DNA of 64,000 nucleotides, from assembly GCA_964461525.1 (NCBI GenBank), contig CAYWUX010000001.1:4889-68888 (forward strand), given 5' to 3'. A program made the translations under genes and the position numbers. Position 1 is the first letter of the stretch. Every line of letters begins with the position of its first letter. Positions 51,189 to 61,118 of this stretch are shown here, piece by piece. This stretch comes from an uncultured Hyphomicrobiaceae bacterium (GTDB lineage Bacteria > Pseudomonadota > Alphaproteobacteria > Rhizobiales > CAYWUX01). A model generated the notes under the pieces. The model searched no databases. It saw only the letters and a list, made by a program, of their open reading frames with translations, and had not been told where the DNA came from.

Positions 51189-52133
51189 TCAAGATGCCGG
51201 CTTATCGGTCTTTTGAGAGGGAATCGCTGGAAGAGACTTTAAGTAAGCTGCAATGGCGGCCCGATCTTCTTCCGTCAGTTTTGACATATTTTTTTGAACT
51301 TCAGTCATGGTACCACCCAACGTGTCGAAGGAGGGCGTAAATCCGGTAGCCAGAGCTTCCGCTATATCGGATGCGGACCAGTTTCCTATACCGTCCTTGT
51401 GGGGAGTAATATTGGGAATATATCCTTTCCCTTCAGGCGATGGTCCTCCGGAATACTGCCGGGAATTTATAATGCCGCCGAACAAATTTCTTGGACTGTG
51501 ACATTCACCGCAGTGGCCCGGCCCCTGGACTAGATAGGCGCCGCGATTGACCTGGTCATTTTGCCCGGGATCTATTCTGAAAGGCTGTTGATCGAGAAAC
51601 AGAAACTTCCAGATCCCAATTCCCCTCCTCAATTTGAAGGGCGGAGCCAGCTCATGCGCGGAAACAGGCGACATAATGGCGGGGAGTTGATCAATAAAGG
51701 CTTTTAGATCGATCAGGTCAGTAAAGTTCATTCGCATATAAGACGTATAGGGAAACGCCGGATAATAATGGGATCCCTCCGGGGAAACCCCGCGCACCAT
51801 GGCGTTTATAAAGTCTAGATCACTCCATCCACCAATTCCAAACTCCGGATCCGGAGAGATATTTGGTACATAAAACGTTCCGAAAGGTGTTTTGAGACAA
51901 CGCCCACCTTTCAGCTCATGTGGTTTGACAATGCCCGGATTATCGCATTTATTTCCTGCGGGAGCTGCATGACATGATGCACAACCCCCGGCATTGAAGT
52001 AATACTCTCCATTCTTGAGATCGGGTTTATGCGAAGGAAGTGCAGAGGCGTCAATGGTTGAAGGAATGGTTAGGAAATAGAAAATAATTCCCCCTATGAC
52101 TCCCAGCGCAATCAGCGCCCAAATTATTCGCAT
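51189..52133 (-). CDS. membrane-anchored di-haem c-type cytochrome
   Basis: 314 aa with an N-terminal TM helix and two CxxCH sites (CASCH and CGECH). Confidence 0.88.
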   Translation of the reverse strand: MRIIWALIALGVIGGIIFYFLTIPSTIDASALPSHKPDLKNGEYYFNAGGCASCHAAPAGNKCDNPGIVKPHELKGGRCLKTPFGTFYVPNISPDPEFGIGGWSDLDFINAMVRGVSPEGSHYYPAFPYTSYMRMNFTDLIDLKAFIDQLPAIMSPVSAHELAPPFKLRRGIGIWKFLFLDQQPFRIDPGQNDQVNRGAYLVQGPGHCGECHSPRNLFGGIINSRQYSGGPSPEGKGYIPNITPHKDGIGNWSASDIAEALATGFTPSFDTLGGTMTEVQKNMSKLTEEDRAAIAAYLKSLPAIPSQKTDKPAS

Positions 52134-52575
52134 CGCCTTTCACCCCAAAATAATCCATTGCCACGGTAAGCAATATTCAATAAATCCCGGTCAGGTCAAT
52201 CAGGTTACCGCTCGTCATCCAAACCAGCCTTTTTGAACCGCACAGTTTTGTATGTCATTTGACCATCTCTGGAACGGTTGAGTAGACCTTATCATACTGC
52301 GGAATTGAGACATTAAGATTTTTGCGCTGCTACCCGACGGATTGGCTGACACCGGGAAATGAAGTCAATCCCGTCAGTGACCATACCTGGTTAACAATGG
52401 AAATTCTCAAGTTCCCGGTTCCAGTCTCCTCAATGAGGACCATCGGCCCGCATTTTCACCAGAGCAAAATTCGTCAAATTCTGCATTGCAATTGCGACCT
52501 TATTGGGTTTCATTGGCATGAGATCAGGGCTTCTCTCATTAATCACCGAATAAGATAAAACAAAAGGTCGTCGAA

Positions 52576-54246
52576 ATGCCACATGGCGGTAAACTCTTAA
52601 TTGACCATCTTGAGCTGGAAGGGTGCGATACGGTTTATTGTGTCCCCGGGGAAAGCTATCTTGCGGTTCTTGACGGATTACATGATAGCAATCGTATTCG
52701 AACCGTTGTTTGCCGACAGGAAGGTGGCGCGTCAATGATGGCTGACGCCTATGGCAAACTGACGGGTAAACCCGGAATTTGTTTTGTAACCCGGGGCCCT
52801 GGGGCAGCTAACGCGATGAGCGGAATTCATATCGCTTACCAGGATTCAACACCTCTAATTCTGTTCGTCGGACTGCCCCCACGCAATCATCGTGACCGCG
52901 AAGCCTTTCAGGAGATCAATCTCAGCGCCATATTTGGTTCAACCGCGAAATGGGTCGCCGTTATCGATGATGTCGCACGAATAAACGAATATGTGGGTCG
53001 CGCCTATACGACCGCGAGTTCCGGTCGCCCGGGCCCCGTTGTTCTAGGGTTACCCGAAGATATGCTGACGGATCAAGGGCAACCCGCACAGATACAGCCC
53101 ACGATTATACCTGAAAGCCACCCTTCTCCGGCGGCTATGTCAAAACTGAACGACGTCCTCAAGACCGTTAAACGACCTCTTGTTGTCGTTGGTGGTCCCG
53201 GTTGGAGTTCGGAGGTGTCGGAAAAGATTGCTATATTCGCGGAACGCCTTAATCTTCCTGTAGCTGCGGCATTTCGCTTCCAGGACTATTTTGATAACCG
53301 CCATCCCAACTATGCCGGGCATATTGGTATTGGTGTTAATCCGAGGCTTGCTGAACGTCTGCAATCATCAGATTTTTTACTGGCGATTGGACCGCGTCTC
53401 GGAGAAATGACCACCAGAGGATATACGCTTCTGGATATCCCCTCACCCAAGCAGTACCTCGTGCACGTCCATCCCGGAGCAGAGGAGCTCGGCAGCGTAT
53501 TTCGAACTGACCTTCCTATATTGTCTTCCCTTTCCGCCTTTGCCGACTGGCTAGCTGAAATTGAGGCACCTTCATCAATTGTCTGGTCAGACTGGACGAA
53601 AACCGCGCACGCTGATTATGAAGAGAATGTAAAGCCTGTGGAAACGCCCGGCGCTCTAAAACTGGAACAGGTCGTCACCAGCCTGAACGAATTGCTGGAG
53701 GAGGACGCCATCATCGCCAATGGTGCGGGAAATTTCACGGCCTGGGTACACCGGTACTTCCGCTATAAGGCATATCGCACACAACTGGCTCCGACCTCCG
53801 GTTCCATGGGCTACGGTCTGCCGGCAGCAATTAGTGCCAAGATCCAATATCCCCATCGTCAGGTCGTTTGCTTTTCAGGAGACGGTTGTTTTATGATGAC
53901 CGGGCAGGAGTTTGCAACCGCAATGCACTATGGCTTGCCGATTGTAATCATTGTCGTGAATAATCAGATGTACGGCACGATACGCATGCATCAGGAACGA
54001 CATTTCCCCGGACGGGTAATCGCGACAAGTCTCACCAATCCCAATTTTGCCGAATATGCGCGCAGCTTTGGCGCATACGGCGCCGTAATCGAACGCACCA
54101 GTGAATTTCGCCCGGCATTTCTAAAAGCGCTGAAGGCGGATCGCCCGACGATATTGGAACTCAGAACGTCGGATCAGGCCATTACCCCGACTGAAAGCCT
54201 GGCCTCGATCCGGGAAGAGGCATTGCAGTCAAAAAACAGCGGATAG
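52576..54246 (+). CDS. thiamine-diphosphate-dependent enzyme (acetolactate synthase-like family)
   Basis: 556 aa with the TPP-binding GDG...NN motif GDGCFMMTGQEFATAMHYGLPIVIIVVNN. The N-terminal PYR domain has YCVPGESYLAVLDGL. Specific reaction unknown. Confidence 0.82.
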   Translation: MPHGGKLLIDHLELEGCDTVYCVPGESYLAVLDGLHDSNRIRTVVCRQEGGASMMADAYGKLTGKPGICFVTRGPGAANAMSGIHIAYQDSTPLILFVGLPPRNHRDREAFQEINLSAIFGSTAKWVAVIDDVARINEYVGRAYTTASSGRPGPVVLGLPEDMLTDQGQPAQIQPTIIPESHPSPAAMSKLNDVLKTVKRPLVVVGGPGWSSEVSEKIAIFAERLNLPVAAAFRFQDYFDNRHPNYAGHIGIGVNPRLAERLQSSDFLLAIGPRLGEMTTRGYTLLDIPSPKQYLVHVHPGAEELGSVFRTDLPILSSLSAFADWLAEIEAPSSIVWSDWTKTAHADYEENVKPVETPGALKLEQVVTSLNELLEEDAIIANGAGNFTAWVHRYFRYKAYRTQLAPTSGSMGYGLPAAISAKIQYPHRQVVCFSGDGCFMMTGQEFATAMHYGLPIVIIVVNNQMYGTIRMHQERHFPGRVIATSLTNPNFAEYARSFGAYGAVIERTSEFRPAFLKALKADRPTILELRTSDQAITPTESLASIREEALQSKNSG

Positions 54247-54341
54247 AATAAGAATTTATGACTGCGATAATATAATCAGACTCGCAAAATACGATTGACA
54301 GAAAAAAACAATCCAACGCTAACGCCGCACAATCGACCTGG

Positions 54342-54968
54342 TTATGGCATTGGAATATCCTCGGGTTTGGGTACGTTGTATCCCTTTTGAACAGCCGGGC
54401 GCGATGCAATTGTCAGATACCATTTCCTGACGTTGGGATATGCGTTCAGATCCGCCCGGTGGCGCTCAAACCGGGAAACCCATGGCCATATGGCCATATC
54501 CGCTATGGAATATTCACCACCGACGAATTCCGCTTCGCTCAGTCTTTTGTCAAGGACCCTATAGAGGCGGTTTGTCTCCTTTAAGAACCGCTCTTCCGCA
54601 TAAGGGGCCTTGCCCTCGTTATAAAAAGAAAAGTGATGCACCTGCCCGAAAATTGGCCCCGGGCCCCCCATTTGCCACATCAACCACTCAATGGTCCGCC
54701 AACGAGGCTCTCCCTCTGCGGGAAGAAACTTTCCGGTCTTGTCAGCCAGATACATCAGTATGGCACCTGATTCCATAAGTTGCAGATTAATGTCATGGTC
54801 GACTATTGCGGGTATCTTGTTATTCGGGGCTACCTTTAGGAATTCCGGCGCAAACTGTTCATCCTTTCCAATATTGATGGCATGAACGCTATAGTCCAGG
54901 TTCATCTCTTCCAATGCTATTGAAATTTTCCGGCCATTCGGTGTGGACCACGTATAAAGATCTATCAC
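54342..54968 (-). CDS. glutathione S-transferase, Nu-class YfcG-like
   Basis: 208 aa. The N-terminus MIDLYTWSTPNGRKISIALEEMNLDY...APNNKIPAIVDH closely follows the E. coli YfcG pattern as I remember it. Confidence 0.85.
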   Translation of the reverse strand: MIDLYTWSTPNGRKISIALEEMNLDYSVHAINIGKDEQFAPEFLKVAPNNKIPAIVDHDINLQLMESGAILMYLADKTGKFLPAEGEPRWRTIEWLMWQMGGPGPIFGQVHHFSFYNEGKAPYAEERFLKETNRLYRVLDKRLSEAEFVGGEYSIADMAIWPWVSRFERHRADLNAYPNVRKWYLTIASRPAVQKGYNVPKPEDIPMP

Positions 54969-55270
54969 TGATTTATTCCTTACTTCGACCCAAGATCGGG
55001 ATTATCGCTCAACTCTGGCTTAATGATTTTGAAGAACACTGTCAGTCGGATCCTGATCTGTCAAAATTTTTATTGTCTGTCAAATTTGCGCTTCGTTCTA
55101 AAATCGATCTTGAACAAAAATGAACTTTAAAAAAAGCACCGGTTTTACGCACTAAGCCAGGTCGCTCCTGGAATTTTAGTAAAACTTTCCTGCATTGACA
55201 TAGTTTGGTCACAACTCAATCTCATATTTACACGATAGATTTGGGGGACAGATTATATGGGAATAGATCG

Positions 55271-55453
55271 ATGCCAAATTACGAGGACATCCTCCGGTTC
55301 CTTGCCAAGAACCCACCTCAGCTCTCTTCTGAACGGCAGCTGCATGCCTCCATGCTTGAGTTGCTTGCGGCTTGTTTGAGAAATCAGGAACAACAGCAGA
55401 TTATTCCGGATGACAAACCGAATAAGTCAACCCTGTTTCAGCACATGATCTAA
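55271..55453 (+). CDS. small hypothetical protein (weak call)
   Basis: A 60-aa ATG-initiated version of track ORF 55205..55453 (MPNYEDILRFLAKNPPQLSSERQLHASMLELLAACLRNQEQQQ...). I see no clear Shine-Dalgarno and no recognisable family. It is the only ORF in a 667-bp gap. Confidence 0.25.
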   Translation: MPNYEDILRFLAKNPPQLSSERQLHASMLELLAACLRNQEQQQIIPDDKPNKSTLFQHMI

Positions 55454-55635
55454 TTCATCGCAATTTGGAATGTGACTAAATTCGCCTTGGCTGGTTGACA
55501 AAATCCATCTTACTGTTGCTTCGACTTCTGTTTACCGGAAAAGCGCAATTTTTCCTCATAAATTTTTCTTCGCCCTTGATAGATTACGCGAATTCTGTAG
55601 AAGATTAGCCAATTACGGTAATCTGTGGAGGAACG

Positions 55636-56514
55636 ATGATGACCAAAATCGCCTGGATTGGTTTAGGGGTTATGGGATACCCAATGGCCGGTCATATTGC
55701 AAAAAAAAGTTCTGCAACGCTCTGTGTCTATAACCGAACGGAATCCAAAGCGGAGGCCTGGGTAGCCGAGTTTGGCGGTTCAACGGCTTCATCACCGTCT
55801 GAGGCGGCGAAAGATGCGGATTTTGTTTTTTGCTGCGTCGGCAATGATAATGATTTGCGTCAGGTTACGATCGGATCTGAAGGTGCCTTTTCAGCTCTTA
55901 AGTCCGGGGCTGTATTCATAGACAACACAACCGCCTCCGCCCACGTCGCACGAGAACTGCATAAACGCGCAAAAGAAGACAGGAATGCGGGCTTCCTGGA
56001 TGCGCCGGTGTCCGGCGGACAGGCGGGTGCAGAAAACGGTGCGCTGACGGTAATGGTCGGCGGAGATCAAGATGTTTACGAAAAAGCCAAACCGTTTATG
56101 GAGCACTATGCACGGGCGACAAAAAGAATTGGTCCCAGCGGTTCCGGACAATTGACAAAAATGGTCAATCAGATCGCGATTGCCGGTCTTGTCCAGGGAC
56201 TGTCGGAAGCCATTCACTTTGCGAAGAGAGCTGACCTGGATGTTCCTTCAGTTATGGATACGATTTCGAAAGGTGCCGCCCAATCCTGGCAAATGGAAAA
56301 CCGATGGGAAACCATGATGAATGATGAGTTTGAGTTCGGGTTCGCTGTTGACTGGATGCGTAAAGACCTGGCGATCTGCCTGGAAGAGGCCCGAAGCAAT
56401 GGGGCCAACCTTCCTGTGTCCGCGTTAGTTGACCAGTTTTATTCCGAAGTTCAACGAATGGGTGGGAACAGATGGGATACCTCAAGCCTGATTGCACGTC
56501 TTGATCGTGACTGA
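55636..56514 (+). CDS. NAD(P)-dependent beta-hydroxyacid dehydrogenase (3-hydroxyisobutyrate / 2-hydroxy-3-oxopropionate reductase family)
   Basis: 292 aa with the N-terminal IAWIGLGVMGYPMAGH Rossmann motif and DAPVSGG. Confidence 0.87.
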   Translation: MMTKIAWIGLGVMGYPMAGHIAKKSSATLCVYNRTESKAEAWVAEFGGSTASSPSEAAKDADFVFCCVGNDNDLRQVTIGSEGAFSALKSGAVFIDNTTASAHVARELHKRAKEDRNAGFLDAPVSGGQAGAENGALTVMVGGDQDVYEKAKPFMEHYARATKRIGPSGSGQLTKMVNQIAIAGLVQGLSEAIHFAKRADLDVPSVMDTISKGAAQSWQMENRWETMMNDEFEFGFAVDWMRKDLAICLEEARSNGANLPVSALVDQFYSEVQRMGGNRWDTSSLIARLDRD

Positions 56515-56548
56515 GGAAAGCAATTGAACCTGCATCTTTGGTTGTGGT

Positions 56549-57031
56549 CTATTCAGACTGTTCGTTTTTGATTGCAAAATCTAACGGCAGCTCGGTCGTG
56601 AACTTTATCTGCTCCATGGCAAATACGGAGCTCACATCGCTAAGTTCAATTTTACTGATCAGTTTTTTATAAAACTGGTCATAGGACTCGATATCTGGAA
56701 CGACGACACGCAGCAGATAATCCACTTGCCCGCTCATACGATAAAATTCAACGACTTCCGGAAACTGCTGGATAACCGAATGGAAATCATCCAGCCAGTT
56801 TTGTGAGTGGTGACTTGTGCTTATCGAAACGAACACGGTAACACCGGCGCGCAATGACTTTGGATCCAGTAGTGCGACACGGCCCCTTATGAAGCCCCCT
56901 TCTTCAAGTTTTTGTATTCGTCGCCAGCAGGGTGTTGTCGATAATCCGACCATACGGCCAATTTCAGCCACCGGGACCGTGCAATCCTTTTGTAAAATTC
57001 CAAGTATGTTACGATCCAAATCGTCGAGCAT
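56549..57031 (-). CDS. Lrp/AsnC family transcriptional regulator
   Basis: 160 aa with LDDLDRNILGILQKDCTVPVAEIGRMVGLSTTPCWRRIQKLEEGGFI. Confidence 0.9.
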   Translation of the reverse strand: MLDDLDRNILGILQKDCTVPVAEIGRMVGLSTTPCWRRIQKLEEGGFIRGRVALLDPKSLRAGVTVFVSISTSHHSQNWLDDFHSVIQQFPEVVEFYRMSGQVDYLLRVVVPDIESYDQFYKKLISKIELSDVSSVFAMEQIKFTTELPLDFAIKNEQSE

Positions 57032-57045
57032 GGTATTTACCTGTG

Positions 57046-57077
57046 TCAGACATTATTTTTATCAGACGTTATTTTTT
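57046..57077. repeat. two adjacent 16-nt direct repeats 15 nt upstream of the Lrp/AsnC start (candidate autoregulatory site)
   Basis: tcagacattattttta (57046-57061) is followed by tcagacgttatttttt (57062-57077), with 2 mismatches, inside a very AT-rich 171-bp gap. Confidence 0.55.
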
Positions 57078-57202
57078 GAAAATTATATCCGAATTTCACA
57101 TTATTCACGAAACATATTATCATTATTGGGCTGAATTAGTTAAATGTATAGTAAATAATTCCATGATTCTAGGTTTATTTAATCGGAAATAAAATTTTAT
57201 TT

Positions 57203-57859
57203 TCAACAAAGTCTTCTAATTTCGTTTTTTAGAAATGGTAGAACTTCGAAGGCAAACCAGGGATTTTGCTTGAGCCAATTGTTATTACGCCAGGAGGGAT
57301 GAGGTAGTGGAAGATAAGCCGGTGAAGGTTTCAGGGTGAGATAGTCCTTCCAGTGGCGAACAGTCTCCGTAAGATTTGATTTGCAGTAAGAGCCAAGATG
57401 CCACTTTTGCGCGTAAATACCTATGACCAGGATCAGCTCCAAATTCGGCAGGCCAGCAAAAAGCTTCCTGTGCCAGAGCCGGGCACACTCGCGACGGGGA
57501 GGTAAGTCCCCTCCTTTATCATTCAGTCCGGGAAAACAGAACCCCATGGGCACAATGGCAATTTTCGTCTCATCATAAAAATCCCTGGCCATGATGCCCA
57601 TCCACTCTCTTAACCGGTCCCCGGATGGATCAGTGAACGGTGTCCCCGATGCCTGAACGCGAGTTCCGGGCGCTTGTCCAGATATACACACCCGAGCTGT
57701 TGCGGAAGCACGTAAGACCGGTCTGGGCTCATGAGGTAACACGAGACCAGTCGGCTGGTCGCGGCAGACCCGACATCGCCGAATTTTATTTAGCAGATTC
57801 TCGAGATTTCCGTTCATATCCGTGGCGCTAGTTTGGACCGCCTCCGAAATATCTTTCAT
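57203..57859 (-). CDS. uracil-DNA glycosylase superfamily protein (class not assignable)
   Basis: 218 aa. A CRVC motif is present, the motif A position reads ISGQAPGTRVQASGTPFTDPSGDRL and motif B reads LPHPSWRNNNW. Confidence 0.78.
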   Translation of the reverse strand: MKDISEAVQTSATDMNGNLENLLNKIRRCRVCRDQPTGLVLPHEPRPVLRASATARVCISGQAPGTRVQASGTPFTDPSGDRLREWMGIMARDFYDETKIAIVPMGFCFPGLNDKGGDLPPRRECARLWHRKLFAGLPNLELILVIGIYAQKWHLGSYCKSNLTETVRHWKDYLTLKPSPAYLPLPHPSWRNNNWLKQNPWFAFEVLPFLKNEIRRLC

Positions 57860-58467
57860 GCTTTGGAACTCGGCCGCGCTGAAACCTGTTCATGCCACCG
57901 TTGCAGATGCTTGAGACCTTCGGGTCTGGTAATCCTAGCAGGTTTCAAAAAGTCAATAGCAACAAGCGCCGTAATATCTGCAACCGAATAATTTTCACCG
58001 GCAATAAAAGGGTGGTCGGCAAGCTGATTGTTCATGATTTCCATGACTTCCAGAGCTTTTGCAGAATTCGCCTTTCCCCAATCGGGTATTTGCGGAACTT
58101 CCATCTCCTTCATGGCCGGATGTTGATGTCGAAAGGCCTGCGCAACAGGAAACAGCAAATTTAACTCCATACGCCGGTTCCACATTTCAATCCAGGCTTT
58201 GCCAATCGGATCTTTGCCCATCAATGGCGGCTCAGGTTCCAGTTCATCGAAATAGCGGCAAATGGCCATTGATTCACTCAGCACCCGCCCACTTTCAAAT
58301 ACAAGTATGGGTACGCGGCGCATTGGATTCAGTTTTGAAAAGTGGCGAGACAGGTGGTCAAGTTCATTTATGTCGATCTGCCTGAATTCAATTTCAATGT
58401 CCTTTTCGGATAGAAAAATTCGCACTCTACGGGGATTTGGCGCGCGGCGATCTTCAATTATATACAT
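57856..58467 (-). CDS. glutathione S-transferase family protein
   Basis: 203 aa. It has a thioredoxin-like N-domain (NPMRRVPILVFESGRVLSESMAICRYF) and a helical C-domain. The stop overlaps the downstream UDG start by 4 nt. Confidence 0.82.
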   Translation of the reverse strand: MYIIEDRRAPNPRRVRIFLSEKDIEIEFRQIDINELDHLSRHFSKLNPMRRVPILVFESGRVLSESMAICRYFDELEPEPPLMGKDPIGKAWIEMWNRRMELNLLFPVAQAFRHQHPAMKEMEVPQIPDWGKANSAKALEVMEIMNNQLADHPFIAGENYSVADITALVAIDFLKPARITRPEGLKHLQRWHEQVSARPSSKA

Positions 58468-58940
58468 GTTTGTAGCCGGTCCTGTTGTGATCGATAAAAC
58501 GCAGTGGGAAAACCTAACTCATTTTCCGTTTGATCGACAAATGCCATCGTCGGAACGATCTCGCCATATAGCCCGCCATACAGAATGAGCGACTTTCGGA
58601 CTGTTGATTGTGTTTTGTCATTAAACACAGAAACTTACAACTTGTCATTGCAAACGAAAGTGCCGCAGTTTCCCCCTGTAAAAGCATCCGTTTGTGATAA
58701 CTGGAAGTTTTATGGACCAGAAGTTCTAAAAATATAAATTCTGATGTTTCGGTCCATTCCGATTGGAGAGCCGCTTCCCAATGGTTAACAGAAGGTTTCC
58801 TTCGAATAAACCGGAATTTAGTAGATTCACGGCTAGGCTGGGTCAACGAGCCCCGAAGCTCCACTCATACAATCCATCCGGTCTGCCGGCGGATCCGGAG
58901 TTAAGCCCTTGAATTATTTTGATTACAACGCGTTAAGTTG

Positions 58941-60641
58941 ATGGCACTGCAATCCACCATAAACTGCCCGGCCGATTACCGCTCTGGTCAAAAACCTCTG
59001 TCAAGAATTAATACCCAGAAGTTACGAGAGCAATTCGTAAATAAGTCGGATCTAAAAACTGAGTATCAATTTGATCTGCTTCAGATGTTCGTTAACAACG
59101 AACTCAGCACCATGATCACGATGCCGCTATTTGCAATGGTCATCGCCCTTGCGGCAAGTTTCTGGTCTCCAAAGGAACCACTTATTGCCTGGTTTTTATG
59201 TTTTATCGCCGCGAAAACTGTCTTATTGATCACATGCGGCAGATTTCCGAAAGAAATGAGTCAGAATATTTGCCTGAAGTCCTGGCGGATAAAGCTGGCT
59301 GTTGCGGAATTTCTTAGTGGAACGGCCTGGGTTGGAATAATTTTTGTGAGCATAAGCACAAATGATTTTGCCGCCCATATGTTTCTTTTTGCATCGATAA
59401 TTGTAGTGATCTGCATAAGAATGATGTTTGCGTCCAGTGTGCCGCTGATTGTGTTTGTCGGTACGGTACCGATGACCCTCGGTTTATGCATACGATTCGC
59501 ATTGGTCAACAACCCGTTTTACTGGTCACTGGCCGCCGTAACACTTGGAATTCACTGTTATTTCTTTTTTCTGGTTCGTGGGCTCCATATAAATGTTGTT
59601 TCCATGCTGAGCTATAAGGCCATAAAAGATTCCCTAATCGCGGAAATTGAAGAAGCCAAGGCATTGTCAGACGAGGGTCGCCGACAGGCAGAGGCCGCAA
59701 ATCTCGCCAAATCCAGGTTTCTGGCGACCATGAGCCACGAATTGCGAACGCCTCTCAATGCCATTTTGGGTTTTTCCGAGGTCATGAATTCTGAATTGTT
59801 TGGTCCTCATTCGAACCCACACTACAGAGAATATGCACAGGACATCAATAAAAGCGGAAAACATCTGCTGAATCTGATCAATGAGATTCTTGACCTCTCC
59901 AGAATCGAGGCGGGACGCTACGAACTCCACGAGGAAGCCATAAATCTCGCTGATGTCGCAGAAGAATGTCATAGATTGCTGAGAATTCGTGCTGAAAGCA
60001 AAGGACTGACAATTCTGGAAGACTTCGATCGAAATCTACCGAGACTGTGGGCAGATGAACGTGCTGTCCGGCAGATGTGCCTTAACATACTTGGGAATGC
60101 TATAAAGTTTACCCCGAACAGGGGCCAGATTGCCTTAACTGTCAGGATGCTGAAGTCGGGACGGCAAATCCTTTCGGTTAAAGACAATGGTCCAGGCATA
60201 CCCGAGGAAGAAATTCCAAATGTACTTCAGAGCTTCGGACAGGGATCTTTAGCTCACCAGACAGCTGAAGGTGGAACCGGACTTGGTCTGCCCATCGTGC
60301 GGGGACTTATCCAAATGCATGGGGGCGATCTTGACCTGAAAAGCGTGTTGAGGAAAGGGACCGAAGTCTCTCTGGTTTTTCCGGAGAACAGATCCATGCT
60401 CTCCATGCCGGCGCTGCCGTTGAAAAATACCACAGACAAAGACAATCTCTCTAATGCTGTCACCGGGAGCAGCGTTAACTTGGTCACAAATGATAAGACA
60501 TCCCTACTCGACGAAAATGTCTGTTGCCAATATTCAAAAGATGATTTGCGCACTTTCATAGATCAGCGCATGAATTTATCAAAACACCCAGACCGGAATA
60601 ATGCCTCGCATGAGGGTAATGGGCGCAAACCGTCGAAGTGA
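58941..60641 (+). CDS. sensor histidine kinase with six-TM N-terminal domain
   Basis: Six hydrophobic helices come first. They are followed by the H-box FLATMSHELRTPLNAILGFSE, the N-box LNILGNAIKFT, G1 DNGPGI and G2 GTGLGLPIV. A low-complexity tail of about 90 aa ends the protein. The ATG at 58941 lies one codon after the TTG of the track. Confidence 0.9.
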   Translation: MALQSTINCPADYRSGQKPLSRINTQKLREQFVNKSDLKTEYQFDLLQMFVNNELSTMITMPLFAMVIALAASFWSPKEPLIAWFLCFIAAKTVLLITCGRFPKEMSQNICLKSWRIKLAVAEFLSGTAWVGIIFVSISTNDFAAHMFLFASIIVVICIRMMFASSVPLIVFVGTVPMTLGLCIRFALVNNPFYWSLAAVTLGIHCYFFFLVRGLHINVVSMLSYKAIKDSLIAEIEEAKALSDEGRRQAEAANLAKSRFLATMSHELRTPLNAILGFSEVMNSELFGPHSNPHYREYAQDINKSGKHLLNLINEILDLSRIEAGRYELHEEAINLADVAEECHRLLRIRAESKGLTILEDFDRNLPRLWADERAVRQMCLNILGNAIKFTPNRGQIALTVRMLKSGRQILSVKDNGPGIPEEEIPNVLQSFGQGSLAHQTAEGGTGLGLPIVRGLIQMHGGDLDLKSVLRKGTEVSLVFPENRSMLSMPALPLKNTTDKDNLSNAVTGSSVNLVTNDKTSLLDENVCCQYSKDDLRTFIDQRMNLSKHPDRNNASHEGNGRKPSK

Positions 60642-60695
60642 GATTCCGGTAGTTTCAACGGAATGCCGTTGGAACCCGCCAGTCGGGCATTGGAG

Positions 60696-60714
60696 ATCCT
60701 CAGCAGTTGAGGAT
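60696..60714 (+). terminator. weak hairpin after the histidine kinase stop (possible terminator)
   Basis: atcctca-gcagt-tgaggat is a 7-bp stem followed by ttcaaaat. A second hairpin, caacgg-aatg-ccgttg, lies at 60656-60671. There is no strong U-tract. Confidence 0.25.
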
Positions 60715-61118
60715 TTCAAAATATCCGATAATTCAGACAAATGTTTATTTTTAAGTTTACGTATTCAAAACAATAGCTTAGTCTTGTCATTCCATCGATC
60801 AATTGCAACATTCGCGATCGATTTTATTGTTTTTGGGTGGGACAGTCCCTAATTTAATAAATGTGTTGCTGCGGCATTCCGCTGCATGGACAGATTTAGT
60901 GATCCCGATATTGCGAAGCCATCGTAGTGAGCAGGATTCCAGGTGACAATGGAGTGGAAATTTGCGACTTTCGAAGACTTGCAAATTCATATTTGAAACA
61001 ACATTTTGGACTTACAGAGTATAATGAATATACAGGCATCCTCGAAAAATGCCCGTGTTTTCAACTCCCGTTTAGGCAATAAGTTGGGCTGGCGACGCAC
61101 CAGCCAAGAAATTACCGG

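Noticed and set aside
13617-58467. An apparent enrichment of glutathione-related genes (Atm1-like exporter, GCS2 ligase, gor, two GSTs), considered as a redox island.
   Set aside because: The genes are scattered over 45 kb on both strands and interleaved with unrelated housekeeping genes. There is no operon structure or shared regulatory motif to support a functional cluster.
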